Below are positions 1 through 12,832 of a stretch of 64,000 nucleotides of DNA, one piece after another. Where the stretch lies: positions 434,001 through 498,000 of the forward strand of contig CDLV01000014.1 of NCBI GenBank assembly GCA_001244265.2, in the 5' to 3' direction. The position numbers were made by a program, and so were the translations under genes. This DNA comes from Microbotryum violaceum. Lineage: Eukaryota. Under the pieces are notes generated by a model. That model made no database searches. It worked only from the letters and a program-made list of their open reading frames with translations, and had not been told where the DNA came from. Position 1 is the first letter of the stretch, and the number at the start of each line of letters is the position of its first letter.

Positions 1-3000
1 TTGAAGAGGTGCGCGCCTTTAATCGTAACGATTTGAGCGTGTAAGTCCGAACGCGTTCAATGACCGACGCTTCGGGGTAATGCACGACGAGCCCGTAGTT
101 TTCTTCCGGATCCCGCGTCGTTGCGTCAAGGGCAGAGAGAATGTACGCCTGTGTTCAAAGTGCATCAGCAAAGCAAGACAGGGCCAAGCCAGACGCATCA
201 AGTACCAAATGCTCACCCCCATGCGGATCGACGAGATATCCTCAAGCGCGATGCGGAGAAAGCTCGTCACTTTCTGCAGTGTAAACTCATACGAGACGAT
301 GTACAACGCCCCCTTCGTCCCTGGCTTGGTGGTGATAAGCACGATCTTTTCTTCATACTTGCCGGCCGAACTTCTCAATGTATTCGGCTCGACGGGACTG
401 AGCATACTCCATCCACCTAATCGTTCCTCACCAGGACTGAGGCAGTATTTCGTACTCGTTTCTATCGCCTCTTCGCGGATCTTGGCGAGGCGCAAGAGTT
501 GTCCAGGGTCAGAGGTATCGAGGCGTTCCGAGAACTCTTGGAACGCATTGGGGTTCACGCCGAGGACGAAATCGAGAGTCGCTTGGCGGAAGAAATCAGT
601 GACCGTCGATTGCAGCAATCGAGCGACCGAGTTGGACGCGTCGTTGACTGCTCCGAGCCAATTGCGTCGGCCTGTTCGGACGAAGTCGCCTTTGAGCGCC
701 GAAGTACCGGCATACTGTGGGCCTCTCTAGGCCGGTCAGCATCGTCCGACTGGCTGAACTAAGATTGCTGAAGAATGACCCACCTCTCTTGAAATGGCAT
801 CCCCATTGTCGGCAAACATGGTGTTGAAAGCCGTGTCGAGCCCATCATGGGTCGCCAACTCTTCCTGTGCGATGCCAAGATGGACCAAGTGCCGATTGAG
901 GACGAATCGAGCGATAGCGGACTGGACGACGTTGGTGCGATCGAGGCAATCGATGCAATTCGTGCGAACGACCCCTTGTTGCGTCGAAAACACCTGATCG
1001 GTACCTTGATCGGTCGTCCAGAAGCATTGCATGTCCTCGAGGTCGGGTTGGACCTGCGTGATGAGTTTGCCAATGTTCTCGTATTTCATCCCTTTGGTCT
1101 CGTGGTGAAAGTCAAAGTAAACGTATTTGACCTTGTCCTCGGATTGGGTCAATTCGACCCCTTTCCGGAACGCCTCGACGACGACGCCTTCCTTGCCCGC
1201 CGCTTCGGCCAAGTTGACGACGACGACTTTGCCGTACAACTTGTTTTGGCTTTCAAAGTGCTTAACCAAGGCGGCGTTCCTGTCTTCCTCGGTTCGGTCG
1301 AGAACAGGTGCAGGCTTGAGAGCCCAAGGTGATTGTGACCAGTAGACGGGAATCGAGCCACGAGTTTGAACGAAAGAAGCGACGTGTTGCTTCGAGTCCC
1401 GCACGGCACCGACCAAGAACTCGGTCTCGACGGCATTGGCGACTTGACCGAGTGAGTTAACGCCGCGCCTCTGATATCGAAGCCCAGGTCGCTCGATCGA
1501 CCGCCGAGAGATGAGAACCATATCGAGCTCCACGTGGGAAGGGCCTTCGGAGTTACTGGGCGAAGCGAGCGTCGTGTAGGGTTGCAGTGGGACCGAAGCC
1601 GAGCTGTGGGCGACGAAACCTTGCTGAAGAACCAAGATGAAAGTATGCAGTCCGGCGTCGATGAAAGTCGACATGATGTGAGCGTTCCAAAAGAAGCGAC
1701 GATCGGCACGCCTCCACAGTGGCAGATGCGAGCTCGGCTCGACAAGACCAATCATTCCGCTGGGTCCGCTTTTGCCGTGAGTAGGGGAAGGTAGTCCAGC
1801 GACTACAAGCGAGGCTTCGTATTTGCGCTGGTGGGATCGCGTGATGTCGATGTCGTACGAGAAGGCCATGCCTCGCAGTGTCCGCATCGTCTCGGCGACA
1901 ATCTTGGCATCGAGCTCGGTCTGCGACCGAACCGTCTCGGCGTTGTCTCGATCGAAAACGGCAGAGGTCGACGCCTCGGCAAGTGCTACGACTTCCTTGC
2001 CTTGGGTCAGCTCGTCCGGTTTATTCGGGTCCGGTGAGCTGGAGGCGCTTTCGGCCGTGTCGGAGCTGCTTGGCGGCGTCGGATTGCCCGAGTCTGCCGT
2101 CGGATTTGCCGGGGCGGGAATGGCAGCCTTGGGTTTGATAGCAGAGAGTGATATTTTGGGCATTCTTTTTGGTGTCAGTCGCTCCCAAAAGGGGCTTTTC
2201 TTGGGTTGCTTGATGGGTGTGTCCGGTCTCGCATCGGCATCGACGTCCGTCGTTTCGCCCCCGTCATCGGTGTCGCCGTCGTCATCATCGCCGTCCTCGT
2301 CCTCGTCCTCGGATGAAGTGCCGGCTCCGTTGTCGCTCGTCGAGGCTGAAGTCGTCGCTGTCGAAGAAGAAGCAGCAGCAGCAGCTCTTCTCGCTTTTTG
2401 TGCGAACTGCTTGACGGCATGACGCGTCAGGGCGGTGTTGGCGGCTTGGTAGTCGCTGAGCGGGATCGACACGAGCTGGTCGACCGAGTGGATCTTGGAG
2501 CGTTTCTCATCCCACAGAGTCGCTGAGACAGTCGAGCTGACGATCAAGATGATGTGAGAGCCTATTTGTGAAAATGAGGACGGCGTGTGTTATTAGCGCC
2601 TGGGAGGTAAGAACTCCCCCGAGCAGGCGTAAGGGCCGAAAGGGGTCACAGCCATGTGGGGCCGTGCCCAAGCAAGACCAGGCTCAACCTCAACGACCCT
2701 CGACGCCGTGCACACACACACGTACCTTGGAACCCATGCACGATACCGGCCACCCCTTCCACGACGATACCGTCCTCCTCCGTGCCTCTATCGAGATCGT
2801 TCGCAGCCACAGGTTGAGCTCGTTTGGCCCACGGGATGCGTACGCCCGCGTTGGAGTTGGTGTCGGCGCGATCGACGACGATCGACTTGGTCGTCGGCGA
2901 CGGCGCGATCGGTTGCAGGATCAATCCGTCCTCGTGCGCGTGTACGACCAGTCGACGGTGGAGGCGATGCGCAAAGGGCGAGACCGTCGCTGAGAGTGGC

Positions 3001-3020
3001 AGCTGGGCGGGCCGATGCAT
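1..3020 (-). CDS. Sac-domain phosphoinositide phosphatase, Sac2/INPP5F-like with C-terminal hSac2 region; spliced; 3' end runs off the window
   Basis: ORFs 2646-3020, 736-2547 and 19-618 join across GT-AG introns. Motifs: LISRRS..RPGLRYQRRG, SFVQTRGSIPVYWSQ, FDFHHE, catalytic CX5R VRTNCIDCLDRTNVVQ, DNGDAISR, YAGTSAL. The reading frame is still open at position 1. Confidence 0.9.
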
Positions 3021-3949
3021 GGAGTGGATGTGTGCACTGCCGAAGTACAGCCAGTCGCGTGTGCGAGGGTGAGTACCGGCGAGGGCAACGAACGATCGTC
3101 ATTCGTGTGATCGCTCGATCGCACCCAATTCCGAAAAAAAAATTGATGCAGTGCCGTATACCCCGCCATATTAAGTACATATTTTTAACACCGGGTGACA
3201 GAACAGATCAAATTGAACCGGTGCTGACAAAGCTGATGAGTAGTGCAAGACCAAAGTAAAGTCTACGCTCGGCGAACTTCGTCCCACCAAAACGTCAATG
3301 GCTTTTCTCTCACCGCCGGCGCGCTCGCAGTGTCCACGTTATTTGATCAGCCTTGCCTTCTGCCAGGCCTTTATAGTGTGTCGGAGGTGCATAAAGTGGT
3401 CGGCAAAAGCCGAATAGAGCCAAAGAATGAGGCTGTACTGTGGGTGTACAGCCCTCACCGACAGATGACCGAATTTTTAATTTTATCCGGGAGCACGCAG
3501 TGCACCTGGCTCTATCATGATCACTTGCATCTGATGGGTCATTCGTACTTTCAAACATCATCTCAGTTGAACCAGGTTTTGGAAACATTGACCTCCACGG
3601 CCACCGCGGTGCAAGAGGCCAAGTCGTCGAAAATACTTTGCAGACTTTCGCCCGAGACCGATCCCTCCGACCGGACGGGTTTCCCTTCCAGCAAATCTAC
3701 CCAGGTACGATTCTCTCCACCGCTCGAGTGATGTTCGACTTGATTTCAGGCGCTACGGACCTTTTCTGATCAACATACAGACAAAGATCAACTCCGATCC
3801 CATCAAGAATGAGACCCGAATGGCACCGGAAGAGTTTGTGACGTGGGGATGGTGTGTCAAGGACTTGGAGGAGCAAGCGATATAAAAGGCATGGCCATTT
3901 CACATAAATATACCTGATTTACTAATTATTCGAGGAGAGTTTGGTACTG

Positions 3950-6058
3950 TCATTCTATGTGCGCTAGCAACGGCTCTCGTTCACCGTTCTCCGCGTCGGT
4001 CTCAACCCTTTGCCCCGAAGGTGTAGCCGCGACGGCCCCTTCTTTCTTCGTCTCGAGGGAAAGCACTTCGATCTGAGAACAAGTCCCCTCAGGAACGCAT
4101 CATCAGTCTCCAATTCTGGAAGAGTCCGACACTCCAACCCCCAATCACTCACGCAAGCATAACTACAAACCGTGAGCACCGATCCAACAAAAGCGACCGT
4201 AAAAGCGCCCCTAACCGCCACTCCAAAAGCCTCCCTCACCGTCTCCCTCAACCCCGGTTCTAACGTATTCAAAATTGAAGAATCCTCTCTGATCCTATTG
4301 ATCAGTTCTGCGGCACCTGGTCCTGTGATGCGTTTCTTCAACGCAGGGACGAGTAGAGCTTGAAAGACTGCTGAAGCGCCCCCTACGCCGATGACTTGAC
4401 CTGACGCACGGAAGAGCCATATCGCGCCGGTGACGGTTGGGATAGTGGATTGGGGGACTGAAGCCATGATGGCTGCTAAGGAGGTGGTGATGGAGGTGGA
4501 GAGTGCGAAACCGAATGGTAGTATTTGGAGCCATTTCACCCATGCAGGGGAGGCGGGGTGGAGGAAAACGATGGAGAGGATCGAGAGGGCTGAAGGGGGT
4601 GCAGCGGTTTGCAAGATGCAATGATCAGCCGGAAGAGAGACACTACTCTCGAACAAGTTGTTCACTTACATCCCATCATAGTCGCCGTCACCCCTACCTC
4701 CCAGTACCTTCCGGTCTTGTGAATGATCCACCCACTCGAAACACCCCCTAAAGCAGCAGCCGCACTGGTAGGTAACAAATGCGCACCCGCGGACGAAGCC
4801 GTACTCCCCTCAACGGCAAGGAAGTAGATGGGGAGATGATATAATAGTGTCCAGTTGGTGACGGCTTGCAGCATGATGACACCTAGACCTGCTAGAGGCG
4901 TGCGTTGACGGAGGAGACCGAGAGGAAGGAGGGGTTCGGATGCGATGCGTGCTTCAATGTAGAGGAAGAGGAGCATGAAGACGGGTGCGAGACAAGTCGG
5001 GACCAGAACTCGCCTATCCGACCAGGGTATAAGCTCGTTGTTGTGTAGTGCGAGGGAAAGGAGCAAACTTCCGAAGGTGAGGAACAAGCTTGCGCAGCCG
5101 AGCCAATCGATCCGAGCGAGTTTCTCACGATTCGTCTCGACGCGCGTGCAAGGGGTCGTGTAGTTGAGGTTGTGGAGACCGCTGAGGAGGGCAAGGATGA
5201 GGAGCGGAACTGTGGAATTTGGAGAGGGATCCGGTCAGCTTTTGGTACTCGGAATGGGAATTCCTAGAGTGATTGTTTCACGTGATCAGATAAGCCCTTA
5301 CCTTGTCCCATGAACGCGGTTCTCCATCCGAACAGATCATTCATGAAGCCACCCAACGGACCGCCCAAAGCGCCACCGACCTGAAAGGAGAACGAAACCC
5401 CTCTCCGGTCTCATCAGCTCCGGACCGAACGGGAGATCCCGTCCTCACTCACCGCCCAAACCAGACTCGAAATCCCCGTCACGAACATCCTCTCTTTAAG
5501 CTCAAACAAATCCGATATCACAATGGCCGAAGTCGTCATCATACCTCCCCCACCACAACCCGCCACGAACCTCGCCCAAATCAATTCATTCATACTCCTC
5601 GCCATAGCGCATCCCATCGTCCCCAGAGTGAAAATCCCAATCGCCGAGGCGTTCGCCATCCGTCTGCCAAGAATTTCGGAAAGGCGGCCGTACATGGGAG
5701 TGAAGGTGAGAGAAGCGAGGAGGTAGGATGTTCCTAGCCAGGAGGCTTCCTGCGATTTGTTGAAGGTTGAAGAGATCGGTTGCATCAGGGAGGCGGTGAC
5801 GGTTGCGTCGAGGGAGCCGAGGAAGGTTGCAAGGAAGGTGCCGACGAGGATGACGACCTTTTGGAAGTGGGGGAGGTTGACACCTAGAGGACGTGAGGTG
5901 TTGCTACTGCTAGTGGTGATGTCGTGTCCGTTCGGCATGGTCGCGAGTGTGTGGAGGGTCGCATCGGTTTGAGACACTGAGACCGACGTGTCATCGCGAT
6001 TTGCCTGAAGAAGAGGTGTACGTTCATCCACTCGAGGAGCTGAAAGCGCATCCATCAT
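3950..6058 (-). CDS. MFS drug/H+ antiporter-type transporter (Vba/DHA2-like, about 14 TM), spliced
   Basis: FLGSLDATVTA, WLGTSYLLASLTFTPMYGRLSEILGRR (MFS motif A), ARFVAGCGGGG, EPLLPL, many hydrophobic segments. N-terminal DERTPLL dileucine-type vacuolar sorting motif. Stop at 3950-3952 after a last intron. Confidence 0.88.
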
Positions 6059-6479
6059 ATTTGCTAACAAGAGCTGAAGCAGACGGAATGAGGACAAGCA
6101 CCACCCGGAGCACCCTCGTGTACAGCGCCGTTCCAACTCGAACCTTTAGCCCGTGTTCCGGCCGAACCGAACACACAAAAAGGAGCTAGTGTCGACGCGG
6201 GCCCGTGCTGCGGACGGCCTTTATAAATGCCGGCATCGGCTACAAGCCGGAGAAATGGCTTGTATCCTTTCTCCCTTAAGGAGATGCCGATGGATCTGCG
6301 AAACTACGGCCAGAAAGTAACGACTGCAATGACCAGTGACCGGCCATTTCAGGCGACACCGATAATTATTAACACAATACATCAAACCCGCACAGACCCA
6401 CAAACTATAGATTCGCGAGATGAGGGATTGCAACCCTGTACGAACCTTAGTTTCACCGGCCACGACAGTAGCCATCGGC

Positions 6480-7180
6480 GGTGGAACGAAACATCCTCCC
6501 CCCCAATTAAAAACAAAGTGCCAACCATCCGTGCGCCGGAGAAACGCTGACAGCGCGCTCATCCCTATGATGAAGATCTTCGGTGAGCAATTGGAAAGCA
6601 GGCGCCGTCAAGCATCAGAACACTTCGGGAGGTGCGATGAAGGGAGGTCTGCCCTGACCAGGCTTCGTTTCCGAAGAATACGAGCTGAACTCCTTAATGG
6701 GAAACAGGTCCCCAGCATCTTCCATCACGAGCACGAAGCCTCCCCCATCCCAGCCGCTCCGATACAAGCCGGAGAATTTGAGGAGGTAGGCCTGCGCAGC
6801 AGGAGACAGTCGCGGCACGACCTGAGTGTACATGAAGTACTCGCGTGCGACCGAGGACACACACTCGGCGGGAACAACTTTGGCGACGACTGAGATTTCA
6901 CCTTCATCGCCGAGTTTTGTCCACGTGCTTGCAATTTCTCGTTTCGAGCGATCCGACCACCTGGCTCTCCTCACTGTGCACGTGCGACCACGCCCGAGCG
7001 GAGTAATGAGATCGAGGCGATCGAACTTCGTCCCGTCGGCGAGTGACACGAGGGTGGACCACGTGCCAGGACCTTGTCTGAAGTTGCACAAAGAGCGACT
7101 TTACGGAGATGGGACCCAAAAACTGCCAAACACGTTAACACCGAAGGAACCCTGCAGGGGCATCAACAAGTCAGAAAAGC
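6480..7180 (-). pseudogene. Degenerate fungal protein-kinase-like gene fragment
   Basis: LGRGRTCTV (Gly-rich loop), SVVAKVV (VAIK-like), VAREYFMY (alphaC Glu), LVMEDAG (hinge). Frameshifted LHHRD (catalytic loop) and a decayed DG..F.(D)WG segment near 6500-6570. In-frame stop upstream of 7091 and no proper start. Confidence 0.6.
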
Positions 7181-7189
7181 TGATCACAT

Positions 7190-7223
7190 TACCCTATTAC
7201 CCTAACTAGTTACCCTAACTAGT
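7190..7223. repeat. Tandem 13-mer TACCCTAACTAGT x2 plus a partial copy
   Basis: taccctat-taccctaactagt-taccctaactagt, read directly. Confidence 0.85.
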
Positions 7224-7736
7224 AAATAAAAAAGTGTGAGTTAAGGAATGTACCTAAAATCGCTGTTTTTAACTCGGTTGAGGCCCTCCGGACCGCCTGT
7301 GGTGGATGTACCAGCACACTGTTGTGTTTGCCGCACCTGCCTGTGGTGTCGGGGTTCCGATCAGAAGTCATGTACAAGGCCTGTGGTGACTTTTGTATTT
7401 TCCGCGCCGTTCCAACGAAGCTACAGCGCTCCCAGTATTTTCCTTCTTTTTTTCGCTCACATAAAACAATGCTTCCACTCATATTGCATTTAATGAACCG
7501 CAAGCGCGTGGCTTTGCATGATATTGCTTCTACAGCAGAGCTCTGCCTGACGCGCGAGGCGAGGGCTGGCGTTTGTCACGTGATGCGGTGCGCCGGCGGT
7601 GGAGTGTCATTCCGGCAGTCGACCAGCGGCATTAGGGGCTGAACAACAAATCAAACCACCCAAATAATCCTGCGCCACTCCCTCGGACCTTTCCTTTCTC
7701 CCTCCCACTCTCATCCAATTTTAGTGACACTCATTC

Positions 7737-10700
7737 AAGAACAAACCTTCGCTACTATGCCCCGGCCCCAAGGTCGCCAGGGAGGGCCATCGCAACCTCG
7801 CCAAGTCTTGGGCGCGAGGATAGCGCCGTACCATGGGCTACCATGGGCCAGCTCGAGCGCCCGCTGCTGGGCGCCCCGCGGCTCGACCCTCCTCTTCGTC
7901 CCGCACCGATCAACAGAATCAGCCCCCCGGCGCGTCATGACAACAAGTCAACCGATCTTGGCATTGCGACACGTATACGGGCCCGCCGTGCAGCTGTGCA
8001 GAACGGACAGCGTCGTCAGCGCGATGGCCAACTCGACGCTGGGCTCGCCCCACCACCACCTCCGCAAAGGCGAGTGCGCCGGGCTCGAATCGCGCTCAAA
8101 CCCCTCAAGCCCCACGTTTTCGCAGGGCAAGGTGCGGCTACCTCCCCCTCCCCAGCCCAATCTCGAGTATCGGCAGCTTCTTGAAGGCTCGGATAGCGGT
8201 CAGTTGCTCCGTCCAACAACATGCGTCTGCACTGTACTCACATGCTGAACTGTGCGACCCACCTACACAGACGCTAAAGCATTCCGCGAGAATGCCCGGT
8301 CTTACAACAACGCACTATCCTTTACTTCGCTCGCTGCCCACTGCGACCAAACCCAAGTGGGCACTCTAGGACCTCCCGTGTTTCGTGTGTTCGGCCGCCT
8401 CTACCATCGACTCGGCGCCCTGATCCCTGCCGTGACTCAACGCCCAACCTTTGCTCAAACATGGCTGATCGACCCGGCCGAGGCCACCGACACACGACTT
8501 CAAGGACCCGACAGCACAGAGACTCGCATACAAAGTTCAACGCTGACCAAGCTAGAGTCCATGTTGCGCACCGGCAATCGCTTTGTGAGGGAGTTCGCAT
8601 CGGCCAAAGCCCGCGCGGGTTGGGATACAGCCAAAGAGTGGGTCCTGCGCCTCTGTCTACCACCAGGCCGAGACCGACGCACCCACAACCTTCCTACGTC
8701 AAGCACGGAAATGGCGATGCTTATCTGCGATTCCGACACCAACACGGGAGATCGTGGACCTTAAGACCGTATTCTCCAGGTGCACGGTGATCGATGTCCC
8801 GATGGTCGGCCCAAGTACCAAATCGTTAGCTCGCTCTCGCTCCATCCGTCTGCGATGCCTCTCCGGTACCCACTACTCTTCCCCGCGGGGGAAGATGGCT
8901 TCCACCCCAACATTCCTCTTTGCGGGTTCCACCAAGCCGGGCCGCCAATCGCCAGAAACCGAGAGCAGATCGACAATGGTGTCCAATTGCGCGAGCTACT
9001 TGACGGCCTTGGTCCAGATGAAGAAGACGAAGAGGAGGACGATGAGGATGAAAGCGACGAGGAGGACGAAGAGAATGGTGATGGTGAACGTAAGCTAAGC
9101 GTCTTCGGCTCATTCTCATATACCTCTCTGTTGAGACGCACCCTCAGACTGACATAAATTGTTCGAAAATCTAGGACGAAGATCAAACAAGAGGGGTCGA
9201 GGTGGATCAACCCGAGTTTCGCGTTCCCAATACTTTGCATATCACTTGCACGAACGCGACGACTACTTCTCCATTCCGCATGTCACCCAGCGTCTCTTCC
9301 TCGGGTTCGTGATTGACGGATACTCCCAAGTCGAGACCGATCGACTCAACTACATCCGGTTGCATCAAGAAAGTCTGCGCCTCACCACGGCCCAAGGCAT
9401 CACCGACGCTGTTGCCAACGGCCTGACCCCGGATCAAATTGGACGTTCGGTGATTTTGGGCTCGGCGTTCAAGAATAGCCCGCGCGAGATCGCGCAGCGC
9501 TACCAAGATGCGATGGCTTGCGTCGTCAAATATGGAAAGCCTTCGCTGTTCATCCCGGTGACGTGCAACCCGAATGGCCGGAAATCAAGGCTGCACTGGG
9601 GCCGAACGACAAAGCATGCAACCGTCCGGATCTCATTGCACGAGTGTTTGAAGCCAAGCTGAACCGACTCTGCGACGACGTTTTTGGCAACAAGCAACGT
9701 GCAGGCTGTTTTAGCGTGGTTCTGACGCATACACATGTGATTGAGTATCAGAAGCGGGGCCTGCCACATGCCCATATCCTCATCACCCTCGCGCCGGACG
9801 GTCATCCTTTGTCGACGGAAGCGATCGACAAGATGATCTCGGCCGAGATACCCGATCCTTCGCGCTATCCTGATCTCCACGAGACCGTCACAAAGCACAT
9901 GCTGCATGGCAAGTGTGGCGGAAACTCGACTCAGCCCTGCATGGAGAACGACAAGTACGGGCATCCGAGGTGCAAGCGCCATTTTCCTCGCGAACAGAAC
10001 CCCCACACCCGCATGCACCCTGAAGGCTACCCGTTGTATCGCCGACGCTTTCGCCACGCCGTTGTCAAGGGGGGTGTTATCTACAACGATGGTGACTGCG
10101 TGCCGTACTCGCCTTATCTCTGCGCCAAGTACAATGCGCATATCAATGTGGAGGCTGTGACAACGATCGGCGCGATTAAGTACCTCTTCAAGTATGTGTA
10201 CAAGGTTCCGGATCGAGCTGTGGCGCGTGTTGAGCGTGCAGCGAACGGTGAAGGGGCTCGCGAGGACGAACCGGTTCGAGATGAGATCAACGAGTTCGTC
10301 GAAGGTCGCTACATCAGTGCTCCAGAAGCGGTCCACCGCCTATTCGGATTCTCGGTCGGTAGAGTGTGGCCACCCGTCAATCGACTACCGGTCCATCTGG
10401 AGAATCAACAATCTGTGCAGATCAATCCCAATGAACCGCTGCCCTCGACACTCCGCCCACTCGCTCCAAACTGACCGGCTTCTTCGACCTGTGCGCTGCA
10501 GCTCCCGACGGCGAGCTCACTACCACGTTGCTCTACACGAATGTGCCGCGCTACTACTCCTGGAATAAGGAGAAGTTGCGCTGGAAACGCCGAGTCCATG
10601 ATCGCAATGTCATTGGACGAATCTACACCGTCTCACTGCGTAGTGGGGAGCGCTTTTACCTCAGACTGCTCCTCGAGGTCGCCATGGGCCCGACATCGTT

Positions 10701-12832
10701 TGCGGACCTGCTCATGTTCGAAGACGTCGTGTATCCTTCCTATCGCGCCGCTCGCGGACTTCTCGCCGACGATGGCGAGCATCACATCTGTCTCAGGGAA
10801 GCTGCACAGATTGAAACCGGTGACCAACTACGCCGATTATTCGTGTTCATGCTCGTCCATGCGACGGTTGCCAACCCACCAGCTTTGCTGGATCGTCACT
10901 TTGCTTCTCTTAGCGACGATGCCCGTTATCACATCAAACGCTATGAAGACGTGCCCGTCAACGATCAAACCATCCGCCTGTGGACCCTCAACAAGATTCG
11001 TCTCCTCCTTGCGGCAAACGATCGAACTTTGGCCTTCTTTGATCTTCCCGAGCTGACCGAGGACGAAGTGCGGCTGTTTGATCGTTTCGAGGAACGGCTT
11101 CCCCGTTTTGATCGCCAGCAATGCGCGCAAGATGCCGAAGCGGCGCATGCCCGTCTGAACCACGACCAACGAATTGCATTTGACGAGTGTCTTTGCGCGG
11201 TCGAGCTCGATGTCGTCGATCAGATGCGCGACAACAACCTTGGGCCGCAGCATGTGTTTTTCCTGCTAGCACCTGGGGGTACTGGCAAGACTTTTGTGGA
11301 AAATGCCCTTCTCGATACTGTGCGAGCTCTAGGCGACCAAGCGATTGCGGTGGCGTCGTCCGGAGTAGCGGCGTTGCTTCTCTAGGGAGGACACACGGCG
11401 CATTCAACTTTTCGAATCCCACTCGACACCTTGCCAACCTCGACGTGTCCAGTCGACAGGGAGAGTGATCTCGCGCTGATGCTGCGTACCACCAAGCTCA
11501 TCATTTGGGATGAAGCCCCAATGGCGCATCGATTCGCAGTGGAAGCTGTCGACCGTTTACTGCGTGATCTCCGAGAGACCGAGGAGCACTTCGGCGGGGT
11601 GACAATGATCTTTGCGGGTCAGTTGGGCTCTTCCGCCTCCGCTCTGAACAGCGGCATGCTAACGAGGTTTCCAATTTGTAGGGGACTTTCGCCAGTGCCT
11701 TCCTGTCGTTCCCAAAGGAACTCCCGGTCAAATCGTCGATGCATCCCTCATCAAGGCAGACTTCTGGCGCGACATTCGTGTCTTGCGACTTACCGAGAAC
11801 ATGCGTCTCAGCTCGAACGCTGATGCGATGGACGAGGCTCAATTGGCTCGAACGCGCGACTTTGCGGAATGGCTACTCACCGTGGGAGATGGAACTGCCA
11901 ACATGCACCCATACGACAAGATTGCAGTACGTTTGGCTCCCCTCTTTTACCCAACCAACCGACACTAAGACCCCTTCTATCCGTTTCGCAGCTGCCTGAT
12001 TACCTGCTGCTTCCGGACGGTCAAAGAACGGCCGAAGGGTTGATCAACTTTGTCTACCCCGGTTTAAGGACCGTGAACAAGGAGTCCCTCGAAGACCTGA
12101 TTCAGCTGTTCTCACGTCAGGCAATCCTAGCTCCGCATAATGCAACGGTCGATCGCATCAATGCCAAGCTGCTGGAAGAGTTCAATGGCGACTACATCGA
12201 GTATCGCAGCGCAGACGAGGTCGTTGAGGCAGGCGAAACTGGGGGTGGAATGGCGCCGGAACTGATTTCGCCAGAGTATCTACATTCAATCAACCCATCC
12301 AACTTCCCCGCGCATCACTTGCATCTCAAGGAAGGGATCCCCGTCGTTCTTCTTCGCAATTTGGACCCAGACGCGGGCCTCTGCAACGGTACCCGCCTGA
12401 TCGTGTCGCACGCAAGATCGAGAGTCATTCAAGCCATCATCTTGACCGGAGATCGAGCGGGCACCACGGTCTTCATCCCTCGCGTGCGACTTGAGACAAA
12501 TGCGACTGGCAGTTGCCAACTTGGTTTCACTATGCGCCAGCTCCCAATTCCCGCTTCGCGTTGCCTTGGCCCTGACGATCAACAAAGCCCAAGGTCAATC
12601 ACTCGATCGTGTTGGCGTCGATCTCTCCCTACATCCCGTCTTCACTCATGGGCAGCTGTATGTGGCATTGTCTCGAGCCATGAGTGTTGATCGAATCAAG
12701 GTGCTACTGCCCTCTCGCGACCCCGCCGATGATGACGACGACCTACAAGCCGTTGATCGAGCGGCAGCGGCAGCCACCGCGACCCCAAACCCAGTATTCC
12801 GCTCTGTTCTCAGAGCAATGAATGGGGAATAG
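7737..12832 (+). mobile_element. Helitron Rep/helicase (RepHel) gene, pseudogenised, with about 4 introns
   Basis: GKVRLPP, FRENARSYNNALSFTS. Rep motif 1 LFIPVTCNP(E)WPEI, HUH motif 2 VIEYQKRGLPHAHILI, motif 3 IKYLFKYVYK. PIF1 motifs [89 protein letters not shown]. Stops at 8762 (TAA) and 11383 (TAG); frameshifts near 9572, 10445 and 12543. Confidence 0.96.

Noticed and set aside
3243-3903. ORFs between the Sac phosphatase and MFS genes
   Set aside because: No recognisable motifs, terminal repeats or consistent splice pattern; cannot support a gene or MITE.
7295-7388. CRISPR-like repeat-spacer appearance of GCCTGTGGTG x3
   Set aside because: Repeats are only 10 bp with three copies, the context is eukaryotic, and there are no cas genes.
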